This document shows, one piece after another, positions 54,092-64,000 of a stretch of 64,000 bases of DNA; within the stretch, counting starts at the first letter, position 1, and each line of letters starts with the position of its first letter. This stretch comes from Candidatus Methanosuratincola verstraetei. Its GTDB lineage: Archaea; Thermoproteota; Methanomethylicia; Methanomethylicales; Methanomethylicaceae. The position numbers and the translations under genes are program-made. The stretch spans positions 1,088,001-1,152,000 of the forward strand of contig CP186953.1 in NCBI GenBank assembly GCA_049570475.1, read 5' to 3'. Below the pieces are notes generated by a model. It searched no databases. It was not told the origin of the DNA and saw nothing but the letters and a program-made list of their open reading frames with translations.

Positions 54092-56917
54092 ATGCCCGGT
54101 CTCGACACCTTCATCCCCGACTCGCAGAAGCGCCGACAGCCTCCTCGCCCGAGCCCGAGCGGCACCCCTTCAGGCACAGGGAGGGAATCTGAGCCTCATA
54201 GAAGTCCGCGGGTCGGACGCCCCCCTCGCGGCGAAGGGGATAGGATCGAGAGGGAAGATGCAACCGAGCCCGATGAGGTGGATGCCGAGACTGAGGCTGC
54301 TGAGGCTGAAGCGGATGCTGATGCCGAAGCCGAAGGGATCCTGGCTCACGAGGCTGAGGAAGCCGAGGAGATAATTGCGCAGACCAAGTTCGAGGCCGAG
54401 ACCCCTTCGGAGACCGGGAGCTGCGTCCTCCTCTCGGTCTCCTACAGCGGTAACAGGGGGAAGGCGCTTGCAAAGCTCTACGATCTAGAGCGGCAGCGCG
54501 TGGTCTTCTGGTACGACAACACTGGGCACCAGCCGTACCTCCTGACCGACATGAGCCTCGACGAGCTCCTCTCCTCAGAGGCTGCCTCCCACCCCGGCTT
54601 CGACCCCGGTGGGTGCCGGGAGATCGAGAAGCACGACCTCCTCCAGGACAAGGCCGTCAGAATGACCAAGGTCGCAGCCAAGGACCCCACATCGGTCGGC
54701 GGGAGGGGGACCGGGATAAGGGACCTCCTCGGGGAGAGATCCTGGGAGGACAGGATCAGGTACCACGAGTGCTTCGTCTACGACAGGAGGCTCGTCCCAG
54801 GCTACTACTACCGGATCAGTGGTGGATCGCTCGTCCCGGAGGCGCAGCCGGTCCCGATCGACGCGCTCAAGAGGGCCTTCCCTGGCGCGACCCCTGCCTT
54901 CCTCGACTCGCTCACCGAGTGGTTCCCGATATTCTCGAGCCCGGTCCCCGACTACAGGAGGGTCGCAATCGACATCGAGGTCGAGACCGAGGTCCAGGAC
55001 AGGGTGCCCGACCCCCAGGTGGCCGCCAACCCTGTCATATGCGTCTCGGCTGCTGGGTCGGACGGGAGGAAGCAGGTCCTCATCCTTCGGAGGGAAGGCT
55101 TCGACGGCGACCGGGGGGGTGCCGAGCGGCCGAAGGAGCTCCCAGAAGACGCCTCCCTAGTCTACTTCGACAGGGAGATCGACCTGATAAGGGAGGTCTT
55201 CCAGCTGCTCGTCGACTACCCGATAGTCCTTACGTTCAACGGCGACAACTTCGACCTCCACTACCTGTGGAAGCGCGCCCAGGTCCTCGGGATGAGGAGG
55301 GAGGAGATCCCGATAGTGATGGGCAGGGAGATCGCCCTGCTCCCCGTGGGCGTCCACGTCGACCTTTACAAGTTCTTCCACAACCACGCCATCCAGATCT
55401 ACGCCTTCGGGAACGCCTACAAGGAGCTCACCCTCGACGCGATCTCAGAGGCCCTGCTGGGGATCAAGAAGATACAGCTGGAGAAGAGCATAAACGAGCT
55501 CGACTACCTCTCCCTCGCGAACTACTGCTTCAGGGACTCGCTGATAACCCTCCGCCTCACGACCGAGCACTCGAGCCTCGTGATGAACCTGATAACGCTC
55601 ATAATGAGGATCTCCCGGGTCTCTATGGAGGACGCGACGCGGCAGGGGGTCTCGAGCTGGATCAGGAGCCTCTTCTACGACGAGCACAGGAAGGGGAACT
55701 ACCTGATCCCTAAGAAGGAGGACATCAGCCTCGCGAAGGGCGGATCGTCGACGACCGCCGTGATTAAGGGGAAGAAGTACAAGGGGGCCCTCGTGATTAA
55801 GCCCGAGTCCGGGGTCTTCTTCAACGTCATCGTCCTCGACTTCGCTAGCCTGTACCCGAGCATCATCTCTAGGTGGAACCTTAGCTACGAGACGGTGAGG
55901 TGCCCCCACCCCGAGTGCAGGAAGAACCTCGTGCCCGACACCGACCACTGGGTCTGCACCAGGCGCGTCGGTATGATGGCACACGTTGTTGGGCTGCTCA
56001 GGGACGTCAGGGTGAGGTGGTTCAAGCCGAAGTCCAAGGATCCTTCGCTTTCTGATGAAGAAAGGGGGTACTACAAGGTAGTCCAGCAGGCTTTGAAGGT
56101 TTTTCTGAATGCCTCTTACGGCGTCTTCGGAGCCGAGATCTTCCCGCTCTACTGCCTCCCCCTCGCAGACAGCACGACCGCAATCGGCAGGAGCATCATC
56201 ACGGAGACGATAGAGAAGGCAAAGGGGCTCGGCATGAAAGTCCTCTACTCCGACACCGACTCGATCTTCCTCCACCAGCCAACGAAGGAGCAGATCTCCT
56301 CGCTCCTCTCCTGGGCTGAGTCGAAGTTCGGGATCGACCTTGAGATCGACAAGCGGTACACCTTCGTCACCTTCTCCGGGAGGAAGAAGAACTACCTCGG
56401 CGTCCTCGACAGCGGAGTCGTGGACATAAAGGGGCTGATGGGTAAGAAGCGCAACACTCCCCCTTTCATCAAGAACGCGTTCGTCGAGATGACTCAGGTC
56501 CTCAGGGAGGTGAAGTCCCCGCAGGACTTCGAGGCAGCGAAGTCAAAGATCAAGGCGATCGTCCAGCGGTGCTACAGCGACCTGAAGGCAAGGAGGATAC
56601 CGCTCGACGACCTGGTCTTCAAGGTGATGATCTCGAGGCCGCTCGACAGGTACGACAAGACCACGCCCCAGCACGTCAAGGCAGCGAAGCTCCTCGAGGA
56701 GAAGGGGAAGGAGGTGAAGCCCGGAGACCTGATCTCATTCGTTAAGGTCCAGGGACCGCTGGGGGTGAAGCCGGTCCAGCTCGCGAGGATCGACGAGGTG
56801 GACGTCGATAAATACGTCGGGCACATCGAGAGCACTTTCGGGCAGGTCCTCGAGGCCCTGAACATAGACTTCGAGGAGATAGTCGGCGTGAAGCGGCTTG
56901 ACTTCTTCTCGAGGTAG
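54092..56917 (+). CDS. polB1: Family B DNA polymerase, PolB1 type
   Basis: DIEVE, FNGDNFD, YKGA, DFASLYPSII, K...NASYG, YSDTDS, KKNY, C-terminal PIP-like LDFF; long acidic N-terminal extension. Confidence 0.95.
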   Translation: MPGLDTFIPDSQKRRQPPRPSPSGTPSGTGRESEPHRSPRVGRPPRGEGDRIEREDATEPDEVDAETEAAEAEADADAEAEGILAHEAEEAEEIIAQTKFEAETPSETGSCVLLSVSYSGNRGKALAKLYDLERQRVVFWYDNTGHQPYLLTDMSLDELLSSEAASHPGFDPGGCREIEKHDLLQDKAVRMTKVAAKDPTSVGGRGTGIRDLLGERSWEDRIRYHECFVYDRRLVPGYYYRISGGSLVPEAQPVPIDALKRAFPGATPAFLDSLTEWFPIFSSPVPDYRRVAIDIEVETEVQDRVPDPQVAANPVICVSAAGSDGRKQVLILRREGFDGDRGGAERPKELPEDASLVYFDREIDLIREVFQLLVDYPIVLTFNGDNFDLHYLWKRAQVLGMRREEIPIVMGREIALLPVGVHVDLYKFFHNHAIQIYAFGNAYKELTLDAISEALLGIKKIQLEKSINELDYLSLANYCFRDSLITLRLTTEHSSLVMNLITLIMRISRVSMEDATRQGVSSWIRSLFYDEHRKGNYLIPKKEDISLAKGGSSTTAVIKGKKYKGALVIKPESGVFFNVIVLDFASLYPSIISRWNLSYETVRCPHPECRKNLVPDTDHWVCTRRVGMMAHVVGLLRDVRVRWFKPKSKDPSLSDEERGYYKVVQQALKVFLNASYGVFGAEIFPLYCLPLADSTTAIGRSIITETIEKAKGLGMKVLYSDTDSIFLHQPTKEQISSLLSWAESKFGIDLEIDKRYTFVTFSGRKKNYLGVLDSGVVDIKGLMGKKRNTPPFIKNAFVEMTQVLREVKSPQDFEAAKSKIKAIVQRCYSDLKARRIPLDDLVFKVMISRPLDRYDKTTPQHVKAAKLLEEKGKEVKPGDLISFVKVQGPLGVKPVQLARIDEVDVDKYVGHIESTFGQVLEALNIDFEEIVGVKRLDFFSR

Positions 56918-56946
56918 CAACGATCCCAGCTGCATAAAAAAGGAGT

Positions 56947-57096
56947 TTAGCTTGCCATTCCAGCCCTGTCATACCTGAGCAGGTTGAAGAACCTGAGCTG
57001 GAGTATCGCTTCCTTGTACTCTGCCTTCAGCTCCTGCTTCATCCTGAGCATGTCCGCCCTGGTATTGCTGTACTTCTTGCAGCCTTCCAACCGCAT
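56947..57096 (-). CDS. Putative 49-aa helical protein below the ORF-track cutoff
   Basis: MRLEGCKKYSNTRADMLRMKQELKAEYKEAILQLRFFNLLRYDRAGMAS*; AT-rich promoter-like sequence at about 57128-57139. Confidence 0.45.
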   Translation of the reverse strand: MRLEGCKKYSNTRADMLRMKQELKAEYKEAILQLRFFNLLRYDRAGMAS

Positions 57097-57405
57097 CTGG
57101 ACCACAAAATACCCTACAGGACAAGGCTTAAAAATTTATCCCACCATCGCCCCCGGATGTTTTTCTGTGCAAGGAATTCTGGAATATCACATTAAAGCTT
57201 AAGCTCAACTTGCCAAATTCGAAAGTCCCGCATCGGGCTATTTTACCAGATCAAAAGGGCGAACCCTTGGAGACGCTGTTAGTCCTAGGAGCACATACCG
57301 TCTGGCGCTCCTAGGTGCATACATCGCATTAAAAACCCAAGTTATATTTAAATCCAAATGATTAATATATGTAAGCTAGGAAATAAAATATTAAAGTTGG
57401 TCATC

Positions 57406-59433
57406 ATGTCAAATAAGGAATCTTCAATACTGGCTTTCGTCTTATTGGCCATAATTTCCATTCAACTGGTAGCCAGTGGATCCTCCGTTTATGCTGCAGT
57501 GCAAGCGCCAACAAAATTGAAAATCTACGTCGGTCCCCCGAAAGTGCTTGCTGACAATAATGTCTATGAGACGATCTACGTCCAGCTCCAGGACTCGAAG
57601 GGTTTGCCTGCCAGGGCTAACCGAGACATCGAAATCTACCTCTCCTCATCCTCGATTTACGTAGGCACGGTTGATCCAATGATTACTATCCGGGCTGGAG
57701 AAACTTACGCCGTAGCCAAGTTCTATTCGACATACACGCCGGGAACCACCACGATAACGGCGACAGCCTCGGGGTTCGAAACTGTTATGGCATCCATGAC
57801 GACCGTAGGTCCAGTCCCCTACAAGTTGGTAGTCTACGTCCTCCCAGAGTTCCTTCCCGCTGACAACCGGCAGTACACCGCAGTGGTCGTCCAGCTCCAG
57901 GACTCCGGCGGCAATCCTGCTAAAGCTCCTATTGGGAATGTGAACGTAAGCCTCTTCTCGTCGAACACTACAGTAGGCACAGTGGAACCATACGCGATCA
58001 TCCCTAGCGGCAGCACTTACGTTATTGCCAAATTCAATACTACAAACGTAAACGGATCCACGACCGTCACTGCTATAGCATCAGGCTATGTAACTGGATC
58101 AGCAACGGTTAAAACACAATATTACAGTATTGAACCAGCCACCAAGCTTGCGGTTTACATTTCCCCCCAGAAAGTGCCTGCCGACGGCATCTTTTACGAC
58201 ATAGTGGCAGTCCAACTCAAGGACTCGAAGGGCATAATAGCTAACGCCACCAGCAATGTTGTTGTCAGCCTCTCCTCGTCCAATATAGGCATAGGCACAG
58301 TCACCGAGTCGATAACAATACCTACAGGACAGACATTCGCGATTGCAAGATTCAATTCAACCTTCAAGTCTGGCTCAACAACAATTACTGCTGTGGCGAC
58401 CAATCTAACAAGTGCCAGTCAATCGATAACGACGGTCGGGCCAGTCCCCTCAAAACTTTCCATCTACTGCGTCCCTTCAAGCCTTCCCGCTGACAACCGG
58501 CAGTACACCGCAGTGGTCGTCCAGCTCCAGGACTCCGGCGGCAATCCTGCTAAAGATCCAGAGGGCGACGTCTTGGTCGACCTCTTCTCCTCGAAGCCCG
58601 ACTTTGGAATACCTGCCCCCCGCCTGGTTATTCCATACGGAACGACTTACTCAGTTGCAACTTTCAATTCAACCTTCCTCGCAGGCTCAACCGACCTGAC
58701 TGCCCAGTCTGCAGGCTACTATTCAGCTCAGGCGAGAATGACAACTAGCCTGATAGACGAGATCCCATTGACAGTTACGGTATCAGCGGAACCAGGGACG
58801 ATCGACTCTGAAGCAAAATCTACGATAAGGATTTTGGTGAAATTTAACAACACCGCTCCAGCCACAGGAGTGACCGTTAAACTGTCCTCTAACAACGGCG
58901 GCACGTTCTCAGCTGTCACGAATGAGTCAGATGGTCAATATTCCGCCGTTTTCACAGCTCCCAAAGTTAACTCAAATACCATGATTACGATCACTGCAAA
59001 CGCTACGAAGACCGGGTACATTACTGGATATGGAAGCACCACAGTAATAGTTACAACAGTCATCCAAAGGGGGAGCCTACGCCTGTACGTCAGGGACGGT
59101 TCTGGAAACCCCGTAAGTGCAGCCACAGTTACCTCGACCTCCCAACCGAGTGGCGCATCCCCTGTCTCCTCCACCACAGATCAGAACGGTCTCGCGAGCT
59201 TCAATGACATCGTAGCGGGCACATATGTCTTCAGCATCGCTAAAGAAGGCTATGAAACAAAGAGCGTTACGGTAAGCGTTAGCGCAAACCAAACATCGAC
59301 TTTCACAGTAGCCATAGCAAAGGTCGAAACGCTGTCCTCGGATCTCTTGATATTTATCGCCGGAATCGTAATTGCAGCCTTCGTGGCGGGTACAATAATA
59401 TTCATGCTGATGAGGCGCAGAAAGAGGAAATAG
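57406..59433 (+). CDS. Surface protein with tandem Ig-like (invasin/Big-type) repeats and a C-terminal TM anchor
   Basis: Signal peptide; four KL..Y..P...PAD....V.VQLQDS.G repeats; C-terminal TM followed by RRRKRK. Confidence 0.85.
   Translation: MSNKESSILAFVLLAIISIQLVASGSSVYAAVQAPTKLKIYVGPPKVLADNNVYETIYVQLQDSKGLPARANRDIEIYLSSSSIYVGTVDPMITIRAGETYAVAKFYSTYTPGTTTITATASGFETVMASMTTVGPVPYKLVVYVLPEFLPADNRQYTAVVVQLQDSGGNPAKAPIGNVNVSLFSSNTTVGTVEPYAIIPSGSTYVIAKFNTTNVNGSTTVTAIASGYVTGSATVKTQYYSIEPATKLAVYISPQKVPADGIFYDIVAVQLKDSKGIIANATSNVVVSLSSSNIGIGTVTESITIPTGQTFAIARFNSTFKSGSTTITAVATNLTSASQSITTVGPVPSKLSIYCVPSSLPADNRQYTAVVVQLQDSGGNPAKDPEGDVLVDLFSSKPDFGIPAPRLVIPYGTTYSVATFNSTFLAGSTDLTAQSAGYYSAQARMTTSLIDEIPLTVTVSAEPGTIDSEAKSTIRILVKFNNTAPATGVTVKLSSNNGGTFSAVTNESDGQYSAVFTAPKVNSNTMITITANATKTGYITGYGSTTVIVTTVIQRGSLRLYVRDGSGNPVSAATVTSTSQPSGASPVSSTTDQNGLASFNDIVAGTYVFSIAKEGYETKSVTVSVSANQTSTFTVAIAKVETLSSDLLIFIAGIVIAAFVAGTIIFMLMRRRKRK
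57852..58555 (+). repeat. 74-bp perfect direct repeat (57852-57925 and 58482-58555) inside the Ig-repeat gene
   Basis: CCTTCCCGCTGACAACCGG...GGCAATCCTGCTAAAG is identical at both positions, 630 bp apart. Confidence 0.9.
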
Positions 59434-60039
59434 CACGCCAGTCGCAAGTGCTAATCGGATGATGCAAGCGACCGGATGGGTGAACCTGGACCGGGCGGGG
59501 ACGCCCATACCCGACAAAGCAAAGATCGCCGAAAAGCCCCGGTTCGCCCTCTTTTTACCAAAGCTGCAGTCTTTATGCATACCTTCCGCCAGAGATCCTT
59601 CCAGTAACTAGTCATCCCATTGTGCCTTTTGTTGGGTGCGGTCTTTACCCTTCTAGGTTCAGCCTCTTGCAGGAAGTGTGATGCCTTGTGATCTGCTTTA
59701 TTACTTTAGGATAGGAAAATTTGTAACCCCAAAGTAATGATCCGCTGCCTACTTATTAGTCAGCTCCCGCGCGAATTCCCTTGCGCCCTCCAGGTCCTTC
59801 ACGCAGCAAACACTGGCGTACCCTGCCTCTCCGGCGCTGCCAAAAATCGATCGCAAAACGACCTAGGCTGAGGAGGAGTACTGGGCATCCTCCAGCGTTC
59901 AGCCTTAGAATGTGGGGCGCAACTCGTCTCTAGTCCTGTGGCGGATTTGCCCGTGTCATGTTTATATACTGACGGCGCAAGATAAAACCCATTGTACCAG
60001 AACCGTCCGTCAGGAAATCAGCAAAAAGAGGCGAATCGG

Positions 60040-61926
60040 ATGCGTCTGCTGTTGATCCACGCCGACTATATCGAGTTCACCGCTCTCGAGCCCGCGATGC
60101 CGAACCCGGAGCGGATCGAGAGCCAGGGGAAAAAGGAAAGGGTCGAGGAGTGCCTCGTAGCATTCTCGACCGTTGAGAAGTCCGACGAGGAGTCGCCCGA
60201 TGAGATAGCGAAGAACGCGGCTGCAGCCATACTCGATCACGCCGCGTCGGTCAAGGCTGGCAGGGTAGTGATCTACCCGTACGCCCACCTCTCGTCGTCC
60301 CTCTCCCGCCCAGACTCTGCGATGGAGATCCTGAAGAGGACCGAGGAGGCCCTCCGCGGGTCCGTCGAGGTCATAAGGGCGCCGTTCGGGTGGTACAAGT
60401 CCTTCGAGATAAAGTGCAAGGGTCACCCGCTCAGCGAGCTCTCCAGGACCATCACAGCCGGCGGGCTGGGAGCCGCAAAAGAAAGGGAGGTTGAAGGCGA
60501 AGAAACCGGGGCGGAGGCTGCCCAGAGGAGCGAGTTCCTGGTCCTTACACCAGAGGGGCAGGAGTTCAGGATCGACCTGGCTTCCCCGGAGACCTTCCTT
60601 AATCTGAATGTCGAGCCCCCCCTCATCCAGCTCATAAAGAACGAGGCAGGGATCAAGGAGGACAGGGGCGCGCCTGCGCACGTCAAGCTGATGAAGAAGC
60701 TCGAGCTCGTCGACTACGAGCCCGCATCCGACATCGGGCACTTCAGGTTCTACCCGAAGGGGACGCTGATAAAGGACAGCCTCGAGGAGCTCGCCTACGA
60801 CATCGCGGTCAGGGACCTCCGCGCATTCAAGATCGAGACCCCGTTCCTTTACCGCCTCGACGAGCCGGACATCGCAGACCAGGCTGAGAAGTTCAGGGAG
60901 AAGGACTACCGCCTCACCGTTGACAAGAAGGAGTTCTGCCTGCGGTTCGCCGGCGACTTTGGGCTCTTCCGCATGATGAAGGGTGTCACGATGAGCTACC
61001 GGCAGCTCCCGATCAGGGTCTACGAGCTTTCGCCTTCATTCAGGCTCGAGCAGAGCGGAGAGTGCGTCGGGCTGAAGCGCCTCAGGAACTTCACGATGCC
61101 CGACCTCCACTGCTTCTGCGCCGACCTGGAGCAGGGAAGGAATGAGTACACCGAGCTCTTCAGGAAGTACACCCGCCTCACCCAGTCGATGGAGATCGAG
61201 TACGCCGTCGCTTTCAGGGTCGTGAAGTACTTCTACGAGGAGCACAGGGACTGGTTCGTCTCGCTCCTCAAGATCGTGGGGAAGCCCGCGCTGATCGAGG
61301 TCCTCCCGGAGATGAAGCACTACTGGGTCCTCAAGCACGAGTACCAGGCGATCGACTCCGTCGGGGGCAACACCCAGCTCGTCACGGTCCAGCTCGACGT
61401 AGAGGACGCCGCAAGGTACGGGATAGAGTACACCGACGAGAGCGGGAAGAGGAGGGGTTGCATCATCCTGCACAGCTCCCTTGGATCGATCGAGAGGTGG
61501 ATGGGCGCGATCCTGGAGCAGGCTGCGAAGGACCAGGCCAAGGGCAAGCCGCCGATGCTGCCCGTCTGGCTCAGCCCGATCCAAGTCAGGGTCATACCCG
61601 TGAGCAGCGCCTACGTCGGGTTCGCGAAGGGGCTCGCCGAGCGCATCGCAGCTGAGGGGTTCAGGGCAGACGTAGACGACAGGGAGGAGTCCGTCTCGAA
61701 GAAGATCAGGGAGGCTGAGATGGAATGGATCCCGTTTGTCCTCGTCGTCGGGGAAAAGGAGGCGTCCTCGCAGCCGCAGTCGCTCTCGGTCCGGGTACGC
61801 GGCGAGGGCGTGAAGGGCACCGATTTTCCAGGTCTCATAGCGATGCTGCGCGAGCGCGTTGGCGACCGCCCATGCCTCCCGTCTTACCTCCCGATGATGC
61901 TCTCAATGAAGCCGAGGTTTTCCTGA
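60040..61926 (+). CDS. thrS: Threonine--tRNA ligase, archaeal type
   Basis: MRLLLIHAD, YPYAHLS, APFGWYK.F...CKGHPLSELSR, FR.EQSGE, FTMPD.H, HSS.GS.ER. Confidence 0.96.
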   Translation: MRLLLIHADYIEFTALEPAMPNPERIESQGKKERVEECLVAFSTVEKSDEESPDEIAKNAAAAILDHAASVKAGRVVIYPYAHLSSSLSRPDSAMEILKRTEEALRGSVEVIRAPFGWYKSFEIKCKGHPLSELSRTITAGGLGAAKEREVEGEETGAEAAQRSEFLVLTPEGQEFRIDLASPETFLNLNVEPPLIQLIKNEAGIKEDRGAPAHVKLMKKLELVDYEPASDIGHFRFYPKGTLIKDSLEELAYDIAVRDLRAFKIETPFLYRLDEPDIADQAEKFREKDYRLTVDKKEFCLRFAGDFGLFRMMKGVTMSYRQLPIRVYELSPSFRLEQSGECVGLKRLRNFTMPDLHCFCADLEQGRNEYTELFRKYTRLTQSMEIEYAVAFRVVKYFYEEHRDWFVSLLKIVGKPALIEVLPEMKHYWVLKHEYQAIDSVGGNTQLVTVQLDVEDAARYGIEYTDESGKRRGCIILHSSLGSIERWMGAILEQAAKDQAKGKPPMLPVWLSPIQVRVIPVSSAYVGFAKGLAERIAAEGFRADVDDREESVSKKIREAEMEWIPFVLVVGEKEASSQPQSLSVRVRGEGVKGTDFPGLIAMLRERVGDRPCLPSYLPMMLSMKPRFS

Positions 61927-61984
61927 TGATCGATGGGTATTTAATATCCGTCCGTTCACAGGATTTCAGATCAGGTGTTGGCAT

Positions 61985-62293
61985 ATGAAAGTCGAATCGA
62001 TAATACTTGTCACAGCCGACTGGGAGAAGGCAGGCCAGTACGCGATGAAGGTCTGCGACGCAGTCTCTAAAGCTCAGAACGTGCCGCTCGAGGTCAAGAA
62101 GGAGGATTACGACTTCCTAATCGCGCACGGGGTGAAGGACGAGTTCGGGGGGATCGACATCCCCCAGATCTTCCTCAAGCTTGAGGACGGGACGGTCAAG
62201 TACATCATGTCCCGCATCCCGGACAAGAGCGATGGGATGCCCGACATTGAGAAGGGGATCCAGCTGCTGACCGAAGCGATAAAGGCGCAGTGA
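61985..62293 (+). CDS. Conserved hypothetical protein, thioredoxin-like fold
   Basis: EDYDFL..HG.KDEFGG.D.PQIF. Confidence 0.7.
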   Translation: MKVESIILVTADWEKAGQYAMKVCDAVSKAQNVPLEVKKEDYDFLIAHGVKDEFGGIDIPQIFLKLEDGTVKYIMSRIPDKSDGMPDIEKGIQLLTEAIKAQ

Positions 62294-62297
62294 GGGC

Positions 62298-62744
62298 ATG
62301 CACTTGTCCAAGACCCTTGTACTTAGGTCGAGGGAAGGATCGCTCGTCTCGAAGACCACCGTCGACTCGGAGATAACGCAGGCGGTCAGGAAGATCGTCG
62401 CCGACGCGGTCTCGCTATGGGCGATCGAGACCTCGGACTTCATCGTGATCAGGGACTTGTACCCGGTCTCGGTGAAGCTCCCCATCTCGAAGGAGCAGTA
62501 CGACCTCTACTCCAAGTACGACATGTCCAGGACCACGAACGGCAGCGTGATGTTCAATGTGCCAGTCTACGTAATCTCCTTTGACAACGAGTGGCAGGAG
62601 GATGACTACGTGGACAGGGAGGTCATCGTGGTCGCCCCTGTCGTCGACGAGAAGGTAGAGGAGATAATCACAGAGCTCGCGATCGAGGCGACCAAGCCAA
62701 AGGAGGCGGAGGACGCAGAAGAGGAGCCGGAAGAGGACCTCTGA
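62298..62744 (+). CDS. Conserved hypothetical protein
   Basis: Clean ORF with typical codon usage, coupled to the previous gene; acidic tail. Confidence 0.7.
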   Translation: MHLSKTLVLRSREGSLVSKTTVDSEITQAVRKIVADAVSLWAIETSDFIVIRDLYPVSVKLPISKEQYDLYSKYDMSRTTNGSVMFNVPVYVISFDNEWQEDDYVDREVIVVAPVVDEKVEEIITELAIEATKPKEAEDAEEEPEEDL

Positions 62745-62984
62745 GTCCCCATCCGCCCCTCGGGCTCATATAGCCCGGCACATCATGCCAGTCAATGCAT
62801 TCGGCTTTCGCCTACTGCCTTCATCCATGGTCCGGACCCGAATTCGAAGTCATTGCCAATAGAAAGACCGCCGCAGGGGAAAGATAAATGTATCTGGTCC
62901 TCGAAAGCCTTTTTCGATCAAAACTTAAAAATATACCGAAGTTGTAGAAGACTGTCTGTAGACTGATCAAAAGGTGCTTGATAC

Positions 62985-63974
62985 TTGGCTGCAGCTGCTG
63001 TCCCTGCTGATGTGTATTCCGTCATAACCAGCGACGAGCAAGTGACAAAGTTGTTCGAGTACCTGGTTAGTAAGAAGAAGACAGCTATCCCGCCCGCCTT
63101 CGAGATCGTGATGGGCTACCATTACCCGGACATAATGGAGGCGCTCAAGCTAACGTCTGTGGAATCGATCTCCTTCGCAAAGAAGCTTGTCCAGATGGGC
63201 CTTGCAGCCGAGGACTACAAGGAGCAGGTCGTGAGGTGCCCCTTCTGCAACTCGGAGTACACGACCGTCAGGTTCCACTGCCCTTTCTGCAACTCGACTA
63301 GGCTCTCGAAGGACTTGCTCATTGAGCACCTCAGCGACGGCATAATCGCGCCCTTCTCAAACTACAGGAAAGGCGGCGAGGCGATGGTCTGCCCGTCCTG
63401 CAAGCGGCCGGTCAAGGAGGGCGAATACAGGACCGTCGGGGTTTGGTACAGCTGCTTAAGCTGCGGGAAGCAGTTCGACACGCCGAAGAACACTTACCTA
63501 TGCCTGGGCTGCGGGAAGAGTTTCACGACCCAAGAGCTCGTGATCTCTTCGGTGAACGAGCTTAAGATAAAGCCAGAGATCCTGGACGAGTTCGCCAGGC
63601 GCCACATGCTCCTGACCCCTCTCATAAAAATCATGACCGATGCTTCATTGGACGCCAAGTCCCCTGGGACAATCGTCGGGTCATCCGGGTACAGCCACAT
63701 ATTCAGCATAGTATGCACAAACAAAAACGGGAAGAAGTATGCCTTCGACCTCCAGCTCTCGGAGAAGCCGGTTGACGAGACCGCTGTGCTGAGCATATTC
63801 GCCAAGGTCGTGGACACTAAGCCTGATGCCGCTTACTTGATCACGATACCTGGAATCGTCGAGAACGGGAAGAAGATCGCCTCTGTCTACAATATCAATA
63901 TAATCGAGGGGAAGACGATCCAGGAAGTCATCCCTGCAATAAAGGAGGTCGTCTCGAATATAACAAAGAGCTGA
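62985..63974 (+). CDS. TackOD1-like multi-Zn-ribbon protein with a C-terminal restriction-endonuclease-like domain
   Basis: wHTH-like N-terminus; CPFCNS twice, IEH, CPSC, CLSCG, CLGCG; G.SG..H.F....., FAKVVD. Confidence 0.7.
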   Translation: MAAAAVPADVYSVITSDEQVTKLFEYLVSKKKTAIPPAFEIVMGYHYPDIMEALKLTSVESISFAKKLVQMGLAAEDYKEQVVRCPFCNSEYTTVRFHCPFCNSTRLSKDLLIEHLSDGIIAPFSNYRKGGEAMVCPSCKRPVKEGEYRTVGVWYSCLSCGKQFDTPKNTYLCLGCGKSFTTQELVISSVNELKIKPEILDEFARRHMLLTPLIKIMTDASLDAKSPGTIVGSSGYSHIFSIVCTNKNGKKYAFDLQLSEKPVDETAVLSIFAKVVDTKPDAAYLITIPGIVENGKKIASVYNINIIEGKTIQEVIPAIKEVVSNITKS

Positions 63975-64000
63975 TCCTTGACAAGCCTCCCATCTTTTAG

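Noticed and set aside
55099-55136. Hairpin and G7 run in polB1 as a possible intron or slippage site
   Set aside because: No two 3-nt bulges around a 4-bp helix, and the reading frame is intact.
57256-59550. 10-bp inverted pair AGGGCGAACC / GGTTCGCCCT flanking the Ig-repeat gene as transposon ends
   Set aside because: Too short to exclude chance, no transposase or target-site duplication, and the right copy is explained by a local hairpin.

Overview
Archaeal chromosomal window, about 55-60% GC by eye. The gene content (histone, PolB1, SmAP3-type Lsm, archaeal ThrRS, multi-intron tRNA) points to a TACK lineage, plausibly Verstraetearchaeota/Methanomethylicia; that placement is inference. Most genes are housekeeping: thermosome, S17e, ABCE1, argS, thrS, tgtA, Cgi121, Sua5, a GPN GTPase and a sugar kinase/aldolase/oxidoreductase operon. 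There are three tRNAs: Val-GAC, Arg-CCG with one intron, and Arg-GCG with two introns. A candidate box C/D sRNA, a 10-kb operon of pilin-like and adhesin genes, and a separate Tad-like pilus locus with a HerA/VirB4-like ATPase and a divergent TFB are also present. The top finding is in the PflX-like radical SAM gene at 1197-2313, which looks frameshifted. It is interrupted by a 22-nt insertion (1657-1678) that folds into a near-canonical bulge-helix-bulge (BHB) motif. Cutting at the standard tRNA-splicing-endonuclease positions restores the frame and the conserved ...PSFTVFSLGCNFACIHC motif, so this is a predicted spliced mRNA intron in a gene other than cbf5. All family calls come from motif recognition by eye, not database searches.
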